Assembly: GCA_000320545.1 (NCBI GenBank)
Contig: ADNK01002731.1
Coordinates: 2,126-66,125, forward strand
Reading direction: 5' to 3'
From: Bigelowiella natans CCMP2755
Taxonomy: Eukaryota; Protista; Cercozoa
Length of the DNA stretch: 64,000 bases
Shown here: one piece after another, positions 39,965 to 54,413 of the stretch
Layout of the letters: each line of letters begins with the position of its first letter
Position numbering within the stretch: position 1 is the first letter of the stretch
Notes under the pieces: model-generated
Databases searched by the model: none
The model's input: only the letters and a program-made list of their open reading frames with translations
Told to the model about the DNA's origin: nothing
Program-made: the position numbers and the translations under genes

Positions 39965-41746
39965 ATGAGTTCATCTTCACTTCTTCTTTGGAACAAACAT
40001 GCTGTAGTGCCAGTCCTCGTTATTTCCGTTGCTGTTTTGGCTCTGACGACTGGTAGAGAAGGACGGTACAGTTATTACTTTCGTAGATACCATCGTGATG
40101 GGAACGGTATTCTCTCTCAACAACAACAACCACTCCTACTTTCAGCACCAGTTGGAAGACAGCAGCCACAGACACATCATCATGTTGGAAGACAGCAGCC
40201 ACAGACACATCATCATCATGATGATGATGACAATCTAGGAGGGCATGATTTTAGGCAGCACGCCTCGTCTCTTCTTTTGCGATTGTCGCCATCATTATCG
40301 CCATTGCCCATGCCCCATACCCGGTATCGGTCTAATAGTAAGAGAGGACCTCTTTCCTTGTGTGGAGGGGGCGCGAAAGTCACCTCACATGAGACGCCAT
40401 CCGTTGGCACAACGCATAATCACCGAGATGTACAGTCACATGATCAAAAAAAGGAGAAGCATCCTGATCGCGCTGAGGATGAAGAGGGTACTGTTGTGCT
40501 TGGTGGATCCCGTGAGTTGTCAGGAGGGAAGTTGCATTGGACTGAAAACAATAAGTTCGCTTCGTCTTATGCGAACACAGCATCTGATTCTATGACACTA
40601 TCACGCAAAGCATTTGATGGAGCCTGCAGAGAGCTTAAGATACCCGAAGACACTTCCTCATTACTTTGGCTAAAGCTGCATGAACATTGCTATCTGACCG
40701 GAGGCGAACACATCACTAGTGGAGTTACACCTCCTCGTGATGACGCACGTAACGTGAATGCATGGCATTGGGACAACGCAAATCTTATGCCTTGGACACA
40801 GAAACGGCTGCAGGAAATGATGGTTGGTATTGAAGTGCCGAATTTACCCGAGGGAGGGTGGATGAGAATCACAGGCATGAAGAAATGTGAAGGAGACTGC
40901 GAGACCAACACAAGGAAGGGAAGAGTTATTATCTGCTTCGACCTCAAAGTTGTTCTTACATGGGAGGCTGAAGTCAACTTTGAGGAAGGAAGGTAGATAA
41001 AAAGATCGCTAAACATCGTAATTTTATTCGATCAAGAAAAGGGCAATAGTCCTTGTTGTCCTAGAAGAAGACGTGAGATATTTATTCTGCACTTTGTTTG
41101 TTTGCCATCGTGGTGTATGATGATGATTCCGTGTTGATGTTGTTGCCTCTCTATTGTTCTTTGCAGTGGAACAATATCGCTGCCATACATCGATAATGTA
41201 GAGACCGAAGACGGCAACATACGGACGGAAGTGTCCTTCCAAAAAGACAAGAATTCTCCCAGGTATTAGTAACCTCTTAAATTGTCTTCTCGTAAACACA
41301 ACTCAATTTGCGTTTATCCATGGTATCTCCATTTTGACAAAGTATAAATATACAAGAATCACGTCTTGTATATTTTTACAACGCCCACTTCAGCAAGCTC
41401 TACTACCATCACAATCATCGACGTCATCATCAAAATGAAGAACACGATGATATTATTACTATTTGTCAATAATTTGCCTCTACTTCTCATAGCTGCTGCT
41501 GTTTGTGCATCGTCATGATCATCATCATCATCTTCCAGGGCCCCACCGGAAGTACAGGAAGTTGTCAACGAGGAGCTTGTTCCTCTTGTGAGGGAACGTA
41601 TGCGTGAATTCCTAGCAGAACTCAATAGCAAGGCGGTTACTGCTAAGCAACTTCAGAATAAGATCAATAATTGCGAAAAGAACGTTCCGAATTCGCCCCT
41701 AGAACCTACAAACAATAATCATCACGACGATACCAGAATAGATTAG
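39965..41746 (+). CDS. Aha1 N-terminal domain (Hsp90 ATPase activator) protein with signal peptide and long leader, 3 exons
   Basis: RNVNAWHW (NxNNWHW motif), MPWTQKRLQEMM, KCEGDCETNTRKGRVIICFDL (RKxK-like), GTISLPYI, VRERMREFLAEL. The N-terminus has the hydrophobic stretch AVVPVLVISVAVLALTTG. Confidence 0.85.
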
Positions 41747-42189
41747 CTATGCATTCCTGCCTCAATCTTTGTACGTATACGGAGATGCATATAGCATGCG
41801 GAGAGGTAAAATAAAATAAAATATATGTTTAAAATCAATGACAAGCCTCTTGGTTTGATGATGCACATGAATAATCACATTAAAGATGCGTATGAATGCG
41901 ATGTTCATCGCATAATGAAATTTGACAAATAAGAGCGTGCAACAAGCATCTTGCGGGTGTTGTGGCAAGCTAGCAAGTACGTACGCACGATGTAAGTTAG
42001 CGCTAGATTGACAAGCTAGCTGGATAATGATTACACAGTACACACCTATATGAACACGAGGTATACAAGACGACACTTTGCATAGATCACGTCGCTGTGG
42101 TTGCTTCATGCATGGTCGCAACTCCACAAGAGCAAATGGAAGCGAAGATTTCAACATCATGTACGTGCGTGTATATGTAAATAACCATG

Positions 42190-43936
42190 TCACGCAGCTA
42201 GCCATCTAGCATGTATCGTTGTAAACCATAACTCTGTTACGGGATCGATGCCCAACAGAATGGCTAGAAGGGGGATGCAACATGCAGACACATCGTGTGC
42301 TTTCAAATCATCATTGAGAGACTGTTGTGAAATTTGAAGTAAACCAGATGCCTGGACATTCGTCCCAGAGAATCGTAATACCTTTTCATCTCCTACACAA
42401 TACTGCTGGCTTGAATTCAAATCCCTTTTAGTTTTTAACAGGTTTCTGATCATTTGGGTACTAATAATACAGTCTTCATTTTGCGATATTTTCTCCTTCG
42501 TTTCCTCCCATAAACGCTTTCGACAAAACTGACGTAAAAGCTGTCATACGCATTTCTGGTGGAGGCACCGAACATGGAGTGCTACTTCTCTCATCAAGCT
42601 TTTCATCAAAAGTGCTTTCTCTGCTCGGTATGATACATCTCACATATCTTACGCGGGTAACACCGCCATCATCCTGGTTCTTTGCATCGCCCTTTGGTCT
42701 TATCTTAACGTTTCTCCTCTTAAAGTCGTAAGCAACACCATAGGCTGCTTGTTGATGAGATGGATCAGCAGCAAAAGCAGAAATGGTAGTTGTAGAAAGG
42801 AGAGGATGGGGAATACCAGTGCTTTCAGCCGACCCGCCTATATAATAATTAATATTGATGCCCAAATGCATTCCGATGTAAGGACAAATAGTACTAGTAA
42901 CCACCAAATCTCTTGCTCTGTGAGTTGAAGAAGAAGAAGAAGAGGAAGATGATGATGATGATAATTACGATGATTTTTAAGTTCAAGCAACAGTAGCTAG
43001 TCAACACAAGACCTTGATTTTGGCTTTGAGTCTCCTCCTCCTCCTCCTCCTCCTCCTCCTCCTCCTCTTTGTGCTTCCTTATTTTGACTCCCAAGTGGCC
43101 GTGTGGTAACAACCGCCCTTTCGACTGTCGTCGTCGTCGTTGTCGCTGCCTGCTGTGCCTTATTTTCGCAGCTGCTGATTTGGAATTAAAAGACAAACAC
43201 ACTCTTGGGTACTCGTCTACCCTGCTATCTAATACCACGATTACATCGATAACTACAATAACTACTAATACTATCATTACTATAACAATAACGGCAAGGT
43301 ATATGCTCTATATAAGAAGCGTAGAGTTTAGTTATGCACAAGATGGCGATGATGAGGACAGACTGCTGTATTACTATATCCATCGTTCACACTACTACCA
43401 CTACCACTACCACTACCACTACCACTGCCTTCCTACCTGGGGATGTCCTCCTTACGTAGTGATATCTAAATGACTTGAAATCCTCCTCCTCCTCCCCCCC
43501 CTTTTCCACCAGAGATGATGAATCCGAAGCCAGATGATGATGATGATTCTTGTTCTCCTTGATCTTCTTCTTTGGTTGGAGTTTCGTTTGGTGTAGCTGT
43601 GGTAAGGGGGGTCTAGGAGCTGATCTTCGTCCTGGGATTGTTGGACTTTGCACGATTGGAGATCCAGACTCTATAAAACCAAGTAATGAGACAATGATTT
43701 ATCAAATAAACGCTGATATTTATGCCGTCCATCACTCACTTTTCCTTGGAATGATAATATATCCTTGTTTACAACGCACCTGCCCGTATTGACGTCGTAG
43801 TCGTCGTCTTCTTCTTCTTCTTTTTCATCACCATCTTCTTCTTCCTCTTCAATTCCTGATCTGCAGCGTTCACGATGTAGAAATGGCCCTTCTGATAGTT
43901 GTTGTAGAATGACAAATGAGGGATCTTCACCATCAC

Positions 43937-43968
<32 letters not shown>

Positions 43969-44340
43969 CCATCATCATCATGATGTTTAATAACAACAAC
44001 AAATTCTTCTTCCATACTTACCGAATCATGTGGCATCTCTCTATATTCCTGGCTTCGAAGGACTAAGCCTGGATTCACTGTGTAGTTTCATTTATTATGA
44101 TCATGATCATTATTGTTATTATTTATTATCGAATCATAAGGTAAACCATGATGATAAATATAAAAACACAAGAATAGCATGCTAATACAAGCGTGTATAC
44201 CCTTGGTACGTACTACAAATATGGCCATAAATACATAGAGAATATGAACCTCTGCACTTTTCCCCTTTCATAATATCTTGTCAGTTTAGTGACTTCACTA
44301 GCAAGCTACTATCATTACATTTTGAATAATATAGATTTAA

Positions 44341-44385
<45 letters not shown>

Positions 44386-45565
44386 GACCATAGAGTTTTT
44401 TCGTGGTTGGTGTCTTCTTTGCCGTTGATCTAGCACTCACAGAAGCAGCTGAAGATCTCGCAGGTATTCCAAGCAATTGCCGTCGACGCGGATAATATTT
44501 AGTAGAACTTTGGTGCAAGAAGCCACAGAGGGGAGGGGGAGGGGGGGGATTCATGGAATCAAATATGAGATTCGTGTAGAAGAATATTATTGATAATGCT
44601 TCATTTCTGTTACTTCTCGCTTTTGGAGATGACATTATTGGTAGCCTTAGGTGTAATTCTTCCTTTTCTGGCTGCTGCTGTTTTCCTTCCTTTCAACTTC
44701 CTTCCTGTCATAATCCCTGTAGTAGTAGTAGTAGTAGTAGTAGTAGCAGTTGCTGCAGCTCTAGATGACGATGGGCGAGAAGAGGATTTTCGTGTTGTAG
44801 CTGGTGGAAGATCAGTGACATCGAAGGTTATAGTTTTCAAAGTCTCAAAGTGGTGGTCTAGATTGCCTAATTCTCCTTCCTCGTTCATCAGAGCTGCTGC
44901 TGCTGCTGCCTCCTTCCTCCTTTCTTTCTCCTTTCTCGTTCTGTTTCGGCTGATATCCCTACGATTCATCCTGGTATCTCTTTCCTAGAAGAAGAAGAAG
45001 AAGAAGAACGAAGAAGAAGAACGAAGAGAAAGAGGAGAAAGCCGAGACTTATATCTTCATTTATAGCTCAGAAGACGGTGGTTGATAAAAGATAAGAACA
45101 ATAAACGAGTATGATTGTACTTTAAAAATTTGCTCTTACGAATGAATCGTTCTCTTTGGACTACTACCTGCAATGATGTGGACGACGACGAGTGTTCTCC
45201 AGAGGGATGTGATAGCATTGACGCAACAGCTCTTTCTTCAATGTCAACACCATTATTATCATCATCATTATCATGATCCAAATCATCGTGAACTTGTCCT
45301 GAAGATAAATGGTAACCACAATACAATCACAACAGAATGGAGTCCAATCATCGTGCATCCGAGGCATAAAGCATAATAAGCAAAAGAAGAAAAAAAAGAA
45401 GAAGAAAAAGAGGATAGTAGTATACACTAATCGACACTACTTAATTCAAGGTTGATGGTTTGCTAAAAGAAGAAAGGAAGAGGAAGAAGAAGAAGAAGAA
45501 TAAGTTGGAATTGGTTGATTGGTTGCTGATATTGCGTGCTGCTGCGTATATTAGAGTGAATCATA

Positions 45566-45603
<38 letters not shown>

Positions 45604-46506
45604 CAACAAAATATGATAACATAGAACCTGTTGGTACATCAAACGAGAAATGATGATGATGATGATGATGATGGGGACATGAGGCCACCGTCTTGTTGTC
45701 GTTATCATCGTTTTGATGTTGGTTCGCATCGAGAGAGGGAAGAACATGATCGGTTGGTCGAGAAAGAGAGTGCTGCTGCTGTTGCTTCTTCTTCTTCTTC
45801 TCTGTGGTTGTTGCCTGGCCTTGATGCTCCTGGATGATAATATCTTGTGCATCCTTTACTACTCCTTCAAAGTCTTTTAAATGTCTTCCCTCCTCCTCCT
45901 CCTCCTCCTCCTCCTCCACAGCTTCTTCTTCTTTTTCCTCCTTATCATGTTCTCCCCTTCTGCTATCACCATTTGTAAAGGGTCTAGTAGTAGTATCATT
46001 CGTTCCTCGTCCATGCTGCTGCTGCTGCTGCTGCTGCACTTCTTTGTTTGTGACAGATTTTGGAGAAAATTCTGCTTCCACCATTCCAAATGTTGGCGAA
46101 GGTAGATGAAAGAGCTTCTCAGATGATGATGATAATGATGATGTTACCGCCCTTGGTACCACCAATTTGCTGCTGCTATGTGCAGTACCAATCCGTCCCA
46201 CCACCCGTTTCCTTCGCCTTCTCCAACTTGGAGATCTTCGTAAAGGACCCGTGGCGGAAGAAGCTGGGATGTGTTTTTCCATCCTCATCAGCGGGTTTTG
46301 TGCCTGCTGCTGATGTTCGGATGTTGGGTCTTGGAACGTCAAAGAAGTGATACTTGGACTTCGTTTACCTAATAATCCCCCCCCCCCCCCCCCCTCTCCT
46401 CCTCCTCCTCCTCCTCCTCCTCCTCCTCCTCCTCCTCTTCCATGATCTCTACTTCGATTATTGAAATGGTTATCGTAATTGTGAGTGTTGCCGCCACTTC
46501 TGATAT

Positions 46507-46540
<34 letters not shown>

Positions 46541-49500
46541 GTGGTAGTAACGAGACTCATCGTCGCCAATTTTCTTTTCTCTTCTTCCTTCTATCCCTCT
46601 CTTCTTCTTCTTCGTCTTCTTCTTCTGTGTTATCATTGCAGCATCAGCAGTACCAGTACTTGCTAGGGTTGTTTCAGTTGGTGCTGCTGTTGTTATTTTA
46701 GGATAATGATGAGGAGGAGGATGATGATGATGATGACTCTTGGTAGTTGTAGCAGTAGAATTACAACTATTGAGGGATAAATTTATACGGGAAGGGACCA
46801 CCTTCTCCCGTAGTTGTATCCACCCTGTTTGAGAATTGGTAGTGTTTGTATCTGCTTGTTGTTGTTGCTTCGTTTCTATCTCTTGTTTTTGAAGGAGGAA
46901 TGCAAGTACTGCGGCAGCTTTCTCCTTGCCTCGTACTTGATAAAGACGAGACGACGACAGCTTATTACTATCATTGCGATTGTCTTTAAGTGAAAATAAT
47001 GGCAATGAGCCTAATTCAGCCTCTCTATTAGTGACCACTCCCATTGGCCTTGTAAGGAACGATGCTGATGATGATACATGCCCTTTCAAACCTGCATCCT
47101 TCGCTTTAGCCTGCTCTCCTTCTGCCATCTTTAAATATCTTGGTGGTGTACCCACCAACGCCATCCCTTTTAGTAGCTGCTGCTGCACTAATTCTCGCTG
47201 ATGATGACGAAGATGATGGTGATGATGATGATCTATCGTTGGTGACGATATGGTAGTATATTCCGAGGAGTAATCCTGGTGATGATGATGAGGAAGTTGT
47301 TAACAGAAACGAATCAACATTGTTGTCAACATGATAAACTATTTAAATCAAGTGCATAAGTACTATCAGATATGATGATGATGATGATGATAATGATGAT
47401 AACGACGACGACTAGGGATAATTAGAAGGATCTCCCAATCCCATCATCATCATGATTGCAACGATGATGATGTCCGTAGTTGTCATTAGTACCTGTGGTC
47501 TACTGTTCTGAAAATTGAAACGAGAAGCAGCATTAAATGTAGCATGACTTGTTGATGGTCTTCGCTCAATATTATGATGGTGAGGAGACGATGCTTGTGA
47601 TGATGAGGAAACTTGAGTTTTTGGGGAGGGCTGAACGGAGTGCTTGTTGATATTATCTTTGAAATCTGGATGAGTGCAAGTATGGTGGTGATGAGTTCTA
47701 TCTTGATAGCTTTGTAGTCGTTTCGTAGTAGACACAATACTTGATTCTACGTCAGAATCCAGGGTTTTGATAGAAGGTATCATCATTTTAGATATCTCAA
47801 CAGACACAAGTACGCTAGACTTTGCTTCAGGAGACGTGAAGGATTTTTGGTGGTGAGTAGTACGACGATCACGGTACTGATAAGGATGATGATTCATATC
47901 CCGTGCAAGGTTCATTCTATCATTCAGTATATCTGCATTTGTTGCAGCAGTAGCAGCAGAAGTAGCAGCAGCAAATTCGTTCTTCTTAAAATCCACATGA
48001 GTTCTAATAGCAGCATCAAATTCAACACTATCATCATCCTGGTTCGGCTGCGATAATTGTGATATTTTCCCTTGCCGTCCTCTTCTCCATTCTCCTCCTC
48101 CTTCCATTTCACGGAAAGCAGCTTTGTTGCTCCCCTCTTGAGATAACACATCGAATGCTGCCCCAAATCTCTTACTGTCAACTTGGGCTAACATCCTGGC
48201 GAGTTGTTGGATTATTTCAAAGTAAAATGAAAGACCTACCTATCACCTTATCATCATCATTAAAAAGTGGAGAACCTGTCTATGCGATGTCGGCCTTTGG
48301 ATAATTTTACCCTTCGAGCATGTTCTTCTATCTCCGTGAACGGCAATTCATGTATCGATGACGGAGCGCTGTAAATTCCATTATATTCAGAACATTGTGA
48401 AAAAAACCTAGTAGAAACGTAGCTAGGGTTGGCATACGCTGGTGTTGTGTTTTATCTGAAGAACGTTTCGACCTGAATAGAGGCTGCTCTCCACTTTTAG
48501 AGTTGAATTTCAATGATGACAACAACTTAGTGCTGGTCCTATTTTGGTGTAGTAATCTCGCTGCTCCTCCCTTGTAGTACTTTCCCACATGGTTGCTCAC
48601 CATACGATCGTGCAATCTCAACAGAAACTTTCCAATTTCATTGTGCTCAGAGCTCCGTGTGCTGCACATGTAATAAGTAATTCTTAAATCTCTCGCTTGC
48701 ATGATCCATATGTGCTCTTATGCGTCATTCGTTGTGATCATTGTCATCTACATTGCTTTGGTATCTGATTCTATTACTGTTTATCTCCAATCTCAAATAT
48801 CACGTCTTCGAAGACAGAACGAGTAAGAAAATTTCCCTCTTTGAGATCGAACCTGCTGGAAATGTTTTATTAATCATTTCTGAAGACAAACATATCCATT
48901 TTTAGCATATATTGTTTACCGTCTCCATTGGGCCTGCGCTAAACGAAACGCTTCATCATTCAATATTTTAGGGCGAAGCTCCTTCTCAAGAAGAATAAAT
49001 AAATCTGCACGGCACAGCAATCAGGCGATGATGTTAGATCATTTCGATGATGGGAATAGAATACAATTAGAATGAGAATTTACTCGTGAAGCTCGAACGA
49101 GAAATTCCTTCTTCATCAGCGTGGGGTCCTTGTACATCATCATCATCCCGAAAAGTTGTCCAGAATTGAGCTACCGCTCTTGCAACCAGTGGCCCGTACC
49201 TCGACGATGGATTCCTGATATTCTTCGTTCGCCATCACCGTGCACAAATAGTTTTAACATTATATCACCTATTAATTCGAAGTCCAAACTTCCTCCCCCT
49301 CTCTGTTTCCTCCCCCCCAAAAACAAAATCTTGGCTTATAACCTCTTGTTCGGGCATCGAGGAAGCTGGTTGCTATCGAGTCTTTGCAGGTAGGTGGACA
49401 CAAGGCAAGGAAGAGTTACACATAATTCACGGAAGGCTGGAGGAGAGCAGCTTTATTCTGCTTCTTCATGTCCTTATCGGCATTGATTGATTGTTGTTGT

Positions 49501-49859
49501 TGTTTGTTGTCCTTCTTCGTCCTCCCCCTGTTGTTGTTCTTCTTCTTTGAAGTGTACCTTCCTCTTAGAGGTTACGTTCTTGTTCCTACTTCAAGTTACG
49601 GTTTTTGCAATCTCACATCTTCAGAGTGTATTTAGACAAAATATATATATATAAATATTACCACTAGATCTAATAATTGTTTACAATGAAGACAGTGACG
49701 TGTGATATAGTCGTTTTTCCGGATGATGAGGTTTTCTGTAAAAGGCCATAGAAGATACTTTTGGTATGAATAATTGTTTTTATCTATAAGGTTGAAACAA
49801 CAAGAACAACAATAAGCAGTGTCTTTCAGCAACAACAAAGACAACAATTCATCATCCAT
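42190..49859 (-). CDS. Large low-complexity hypothetical protein, multi-exon
   Basis: Long minus-strand ORFs at 45551-47188, 47412-48194, 44610-44969, 42476-42907 and 42190-42453 with plausible splice sites. Contains poly-Q/S/G/T/H runs. No domain recognised; the 5' end is uncertain. Confidence 0.45.
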
Positions 49860-49989
49860 CGCCGCATGGCTGCTTCATGTACTCGAAACGGACAATGAAA
49901 CTGCCAGGACTGGGGACAGACACCTAGTTGAAAGAAGCTCCCCATTTGTATTCGCATCTAAATAATCAGTGGGAAGGAACTGTTCTGCT

Positions 49990-52900
49990 GGAATCCAACT
50001 TTAAACTAGTAACGAGTCTGCTTGGATCTACGGGCAAAGGAATAGAAAAATGCTTCAAGAAAACCTCGCTTTGCTTCAACTTGATTCTCAGGTAAAATCC
50101 GTCATTAGGGTAGTAGAAAATGTACAATAACAAGTATTGCAAAGGTTGTGGAGATTGAAGACCGAATTTCAAAAATCAAGCGGCAGATAAAGCAAGCATC
50201 AACAAGGTTTATTATGTTCAGACGAGAAATGTTCGCCTATCTCACAGTTGGTGGTGGTATTATCCCTATTTCTTGTAGTCAATACTACGAACATGGGAAT
50301 CGTAAGGAGTATAAAGAACAACAAGCGGATGATAACATATCATTGGATATAAAGAGGTAGCAGTTAACATACACGTTTACAAACAATCATTAATTTGAGT
50401 TTAATGATGTACCAATTAGGATAGAAAGTGAGGCTGCAAATCTCAGGAATGCAGGAAGAATACTTAAGATATTCCAGTACAATACAATTGAATCTATAAC
50501 AATCTTAATACGGCCTACGAAATTCCAAACAATATGTGGCAATAAATCCAATGCACTTTCGTACGTCGAACATCAGGTTCAATGATGTGGTAGCGACTCG
50601 AAATGGCCTTGATAAGGGTAAGAAGATAGACAATTATGGTAGTGATGGTGGTGGTAGTAGTGATATCTTAAGGGTTCTACTACACGTACAGTTTTACAAT
50701 TTGTTGTTGCCACTTACAATGATGTGCGTTAGCTCCTCGTGATATGCCAAACATACAGAAGAGGAGAATAGCAGAATTGTTTTAACTTGTTACTGAGGCA
50801 AACTCTTCAATGTCAAAAGGATGAATTAAATTAATGGGCTTCAATATTTGCCAAATTCATCACTGTGCTGCTCAGGAAAGTACAGGATACTAGAAGGTGA
50901 AATAACTCTATACAGGAGTGAGGCAACAAGTGAAGGTGACTGGGAAGCGACATCGACCACATTATCAAAGTCGGAGGTCAGTATCTTACACATATACTAC
51001 TTATTCATTTGAAGATGAGATTGCACTATACTAATGCATAATCAAACAGATTTTCGTAGCCGGTCGTGATAAAGCCATAGCGACGGGAATACCGCTGACT
51101 GTCATCGAATCGCTTGTATCAACAACATCAACATCAGCATCGACGATACCAAGTTTGGGAGAAAAAACAGCGGAATTCCAGCAACAGGTCGTCGTATTCA
51201 TCGTCGCTAGTATTATTGTAAATATAAGTCGGCTGTTTAACCGCTACTATGTGATATTGAACGGCCACCCTATTATGCAATTAGAACACGTTTCTTCTTC
51301 TTCTTCTTCTTCTTCTTCTTCTTCTTCTTCCTAAATGATGTTGTTATTGTTGTCATAAAATCACATCACGTGTTAGGAAAGCCTTACTTCTCTGTTAACT
51401 GAAGAAGAAAAAGTGGAACTTAAGCGAAGGGTAGGAATACGTAACCATATGGGTGGATCTGTGCGACCGTCAACACATGTTGTTTTTTGAATACGTAACC
51501 ATATGGCTGGATCTGTGCATACCGTCAACACATGTTGTTTTCCCAGGAAAATGGTATGCTTATGCTGATTCGTGCTGTCATTTCGATTGTCGTGAGTAAT
51601 TGTGTATAAACATCTCCAGTGTTGCTGTCTGTTGATCGCATGAAGCTAGGAACTACGTATCGTTTTCGACTATGATAAACAGTCGTCAAGCACCAACTGT
51701 GTGAAGCAGCAAAGCCATAAAATGGATGTTGGTTGGTTTCATAATCCATCGTATCGTCCATGTAGGTTCAACTACTCCGTAGGGATGTAGGAAATGGAAT
51801 ACTGGGCGATGTGGAGAATCAAAAGCTCTGGCAACTTGCCAAAATGATGACTTGTCAAACATACTCTACAGGAGTTACATTTGTGAAAAATGGGTCTTAT
51901 GGCCGCTTCTTCGTTTTGCACTCAGGATTTGCTACGGTATGTACGTTTAAGTAGTGCTATTGTTAAATTGTTAATAGGAGAGGTCGGTCGTAGATACCAC
52001 GCTATGAACAACAATAATCTGAAAAATCATATTCAAACTCTTTTGCGCATAAATATCACTATTGTCTGAGTTAAGTGTGTATGTGCGTGCTTTATGACGT
52101 ATAGCACATCTTGAACATGAATTGCCTAGAAGAATTCATCATCAACACTGTTGTCTCTCTCTACCAATCAGGGACTTAAAGATGTAACATACGTCAACAT
52201 CAATTCACATGCACCTCTAACAAACCAAGGAAGCATAAGTAGAATGACGCTAACTCGCTCTGAATCGAGGAGGAACAGTAAGTAAATGTTTATGATGAGC
52301 TGTATTAGTACTAACTCTAGCGTCACAATTAAATTAATATTAGTAGCAGTAGTAGTGGTAACGGTTTAGAAAACAAGGGTAGTAGTAACGATATGTTGGT
52401 GTGATCTACTACTAACCAACCCATAGGCCTGACTACCTCCAAGCCTCCTGAGAGCAAGTACAGCTGTGTGTGACAACGACGATTACAACTCAACATTCTC
52501 TTGAAACAATGCAGAACAACTATTAAGTGTGTGATATTAGTCTATGCTGATGGTATGTCGAGTATCTGCTCCCCCCCCCTCCTCCTTCGTTAAGATATAT
52601 TACTTTCGCGGTTATTCCATCTTCCTGTAACTTAGGTTAAAAAAAGATCTGGTGGAAATCCACAGATTTGAACCAGGGGCTTGCTTTGGAGCTCTGTACT
52701 GCTATTACTTACTAACTTACTACCTACCTCTATTATCTCTTCTTCCTCCTCCTCCCTCTAATGTACTATGATGTTGTAGTAGTGATTTTTGGTTTTATCC
52801 CTTTCTCAGGAATGCAGACCCGAAGGAAGGTGTGTGTCAATTTTCGGTGATCTCAGATACACAAGTCAAAGTCATGAGTTGTACACTCAAGGTACTAGAA

Positions 52901-53859
52901 GTAGTAGATAGTGCTAGTAAGAAAGAACGAAGCACATATATCCTATTTAAAGTTACATTTTCGCTCTCTTCACCTACCAGCTACCACGAATATTTCTCTT
53001 TACAGCAAAACGCAGCTTAATTATGATTGTTTTCTTCTTAAATGGTAGTTATCATCGTCTTCTTCTTCTTCTTCTTCTTCTTCTTCTTCTTTGTTGATGA
53101 TGTTTTATGTTTGGCTTAGGAACTAGAATTATACCTTGAAGCTAAACATATAAAACGTCTGCAGGTAGTAAGCGATATCAGCTCGCATTGTGAAGTATGG
53201 CTTTGAAAGTGACGGATATAATCATGATGATGCTTGTGCTATAGAATATTTCATATGTGTGTGAAACAGGTATACATAGGAGCTCTAGACATCGATGTAA
53301 TGCAAGCCATTAAAGAGAAAGAAGAAAGAGATCAGTAATATTCTCTTTAAAAAAAAAAAAAAGATGTGAGCAAATCACACCTTACTTAGTTGTAATAGGA
53401 GTAATTGTGTCCAACCAGCACCATCAGTGCTAATTGCACTAAATCTGCCTTCATATTCCTTAGATGGGAAATCACCAAGCGGAGTGTAGTTGAAAACATA
53501 AAGCGAGAAATCGGACTCAAAAAATTACGAAGAGATTTGATACCAAAAGAAATGTTTTCGCTCCAGCAAAGCTTTAGAGCTGGGATATCACTAATAAATT
53601 CAAGGTAATAATGTGTTATAATAGCGGCAGAATGTGATATTAATGACTGCAAATGAGACGCCTATGCCAATTAAATTGAAGCAATTCAAGATGTACTTGA
53701 TGTGCGAACAACGAATTCTTCAGTACAAGCAAAATGAGTAGTCACGTAGTGCTTTTGTTGCCGGTCTTAATTGTTGAAAACAGGGAAAAGGGCATCCGAA
53801 TCAAAGGACCAACAAAGAAAGAATACATCGACAGCGTGATCGAGAAGGCGGAAGGCTAG
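49990..53859 (+). CDS. Putative cyclic-nucleotide-binding-domain protein, many short exons
   Basis: Spliced exons LVEIHRFEPGACFGAL|RNADPKEGVCQFSVISDTQVKVMSCTLK|ELELYL resemble a degenerate cNMP-binding domain, followed by WEITKRSVV. Last exon ends IEKAEG*. The start is unresolved. Confidence 0.55.
51435..51541. repeat. ~54-bp imperfect intronic tandem duplication
   Basis: GAATACGTAACCATATGG(G/C)TGGATCTGTGC..ACCGTCAACACATGTTGTTTT occurs twice. Confidence 0.9.
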
Positions 53860-54413
53860 AAGGGGTCGCACGACAGTAGCTATGAGCGCGTTGTTCTGAC
53901 TATTCCGTTGTTGCACATACATACTCCTCTGATGATATCTGCTATCATTTTATTATGAAGAACCTCTCGTTGATGTTCGTTCTTGTGATGCAGCAAATCG
54001 CGTGCAATCGATCGTACGTTTTGTTGTGTTGCAGCCGCCATGCTGCCTGCCACATCGATTGCCAAAATGTTCTGTAGCTCAACCAAACTATGCTACCTAC
54101 ATCGCATGTAGTACGCATCATGTGTGAGCATTAAGTGTGCAGTATACATTGCATACATGCTTGCATGCCAGTAATGACAGTACCTCAAACGTATGTGTGA
54201 CAACAGGAAATGTAGCAACATGTGTACACATGCAATAATAGACACAGTAATAGCATATATAGTATATATATGATATTACATGTCTATAATTGCATGCACA
54301 TGCATGCACATGTACACATAGCGCACGCACAGCACAGTAGCTGCAAATAGTTAAAGTGCTGCAGCAAGGCTTCATTCCTAGGAGGCAAACTAGCAAATGA
54401 GCGTGTGCATCAT

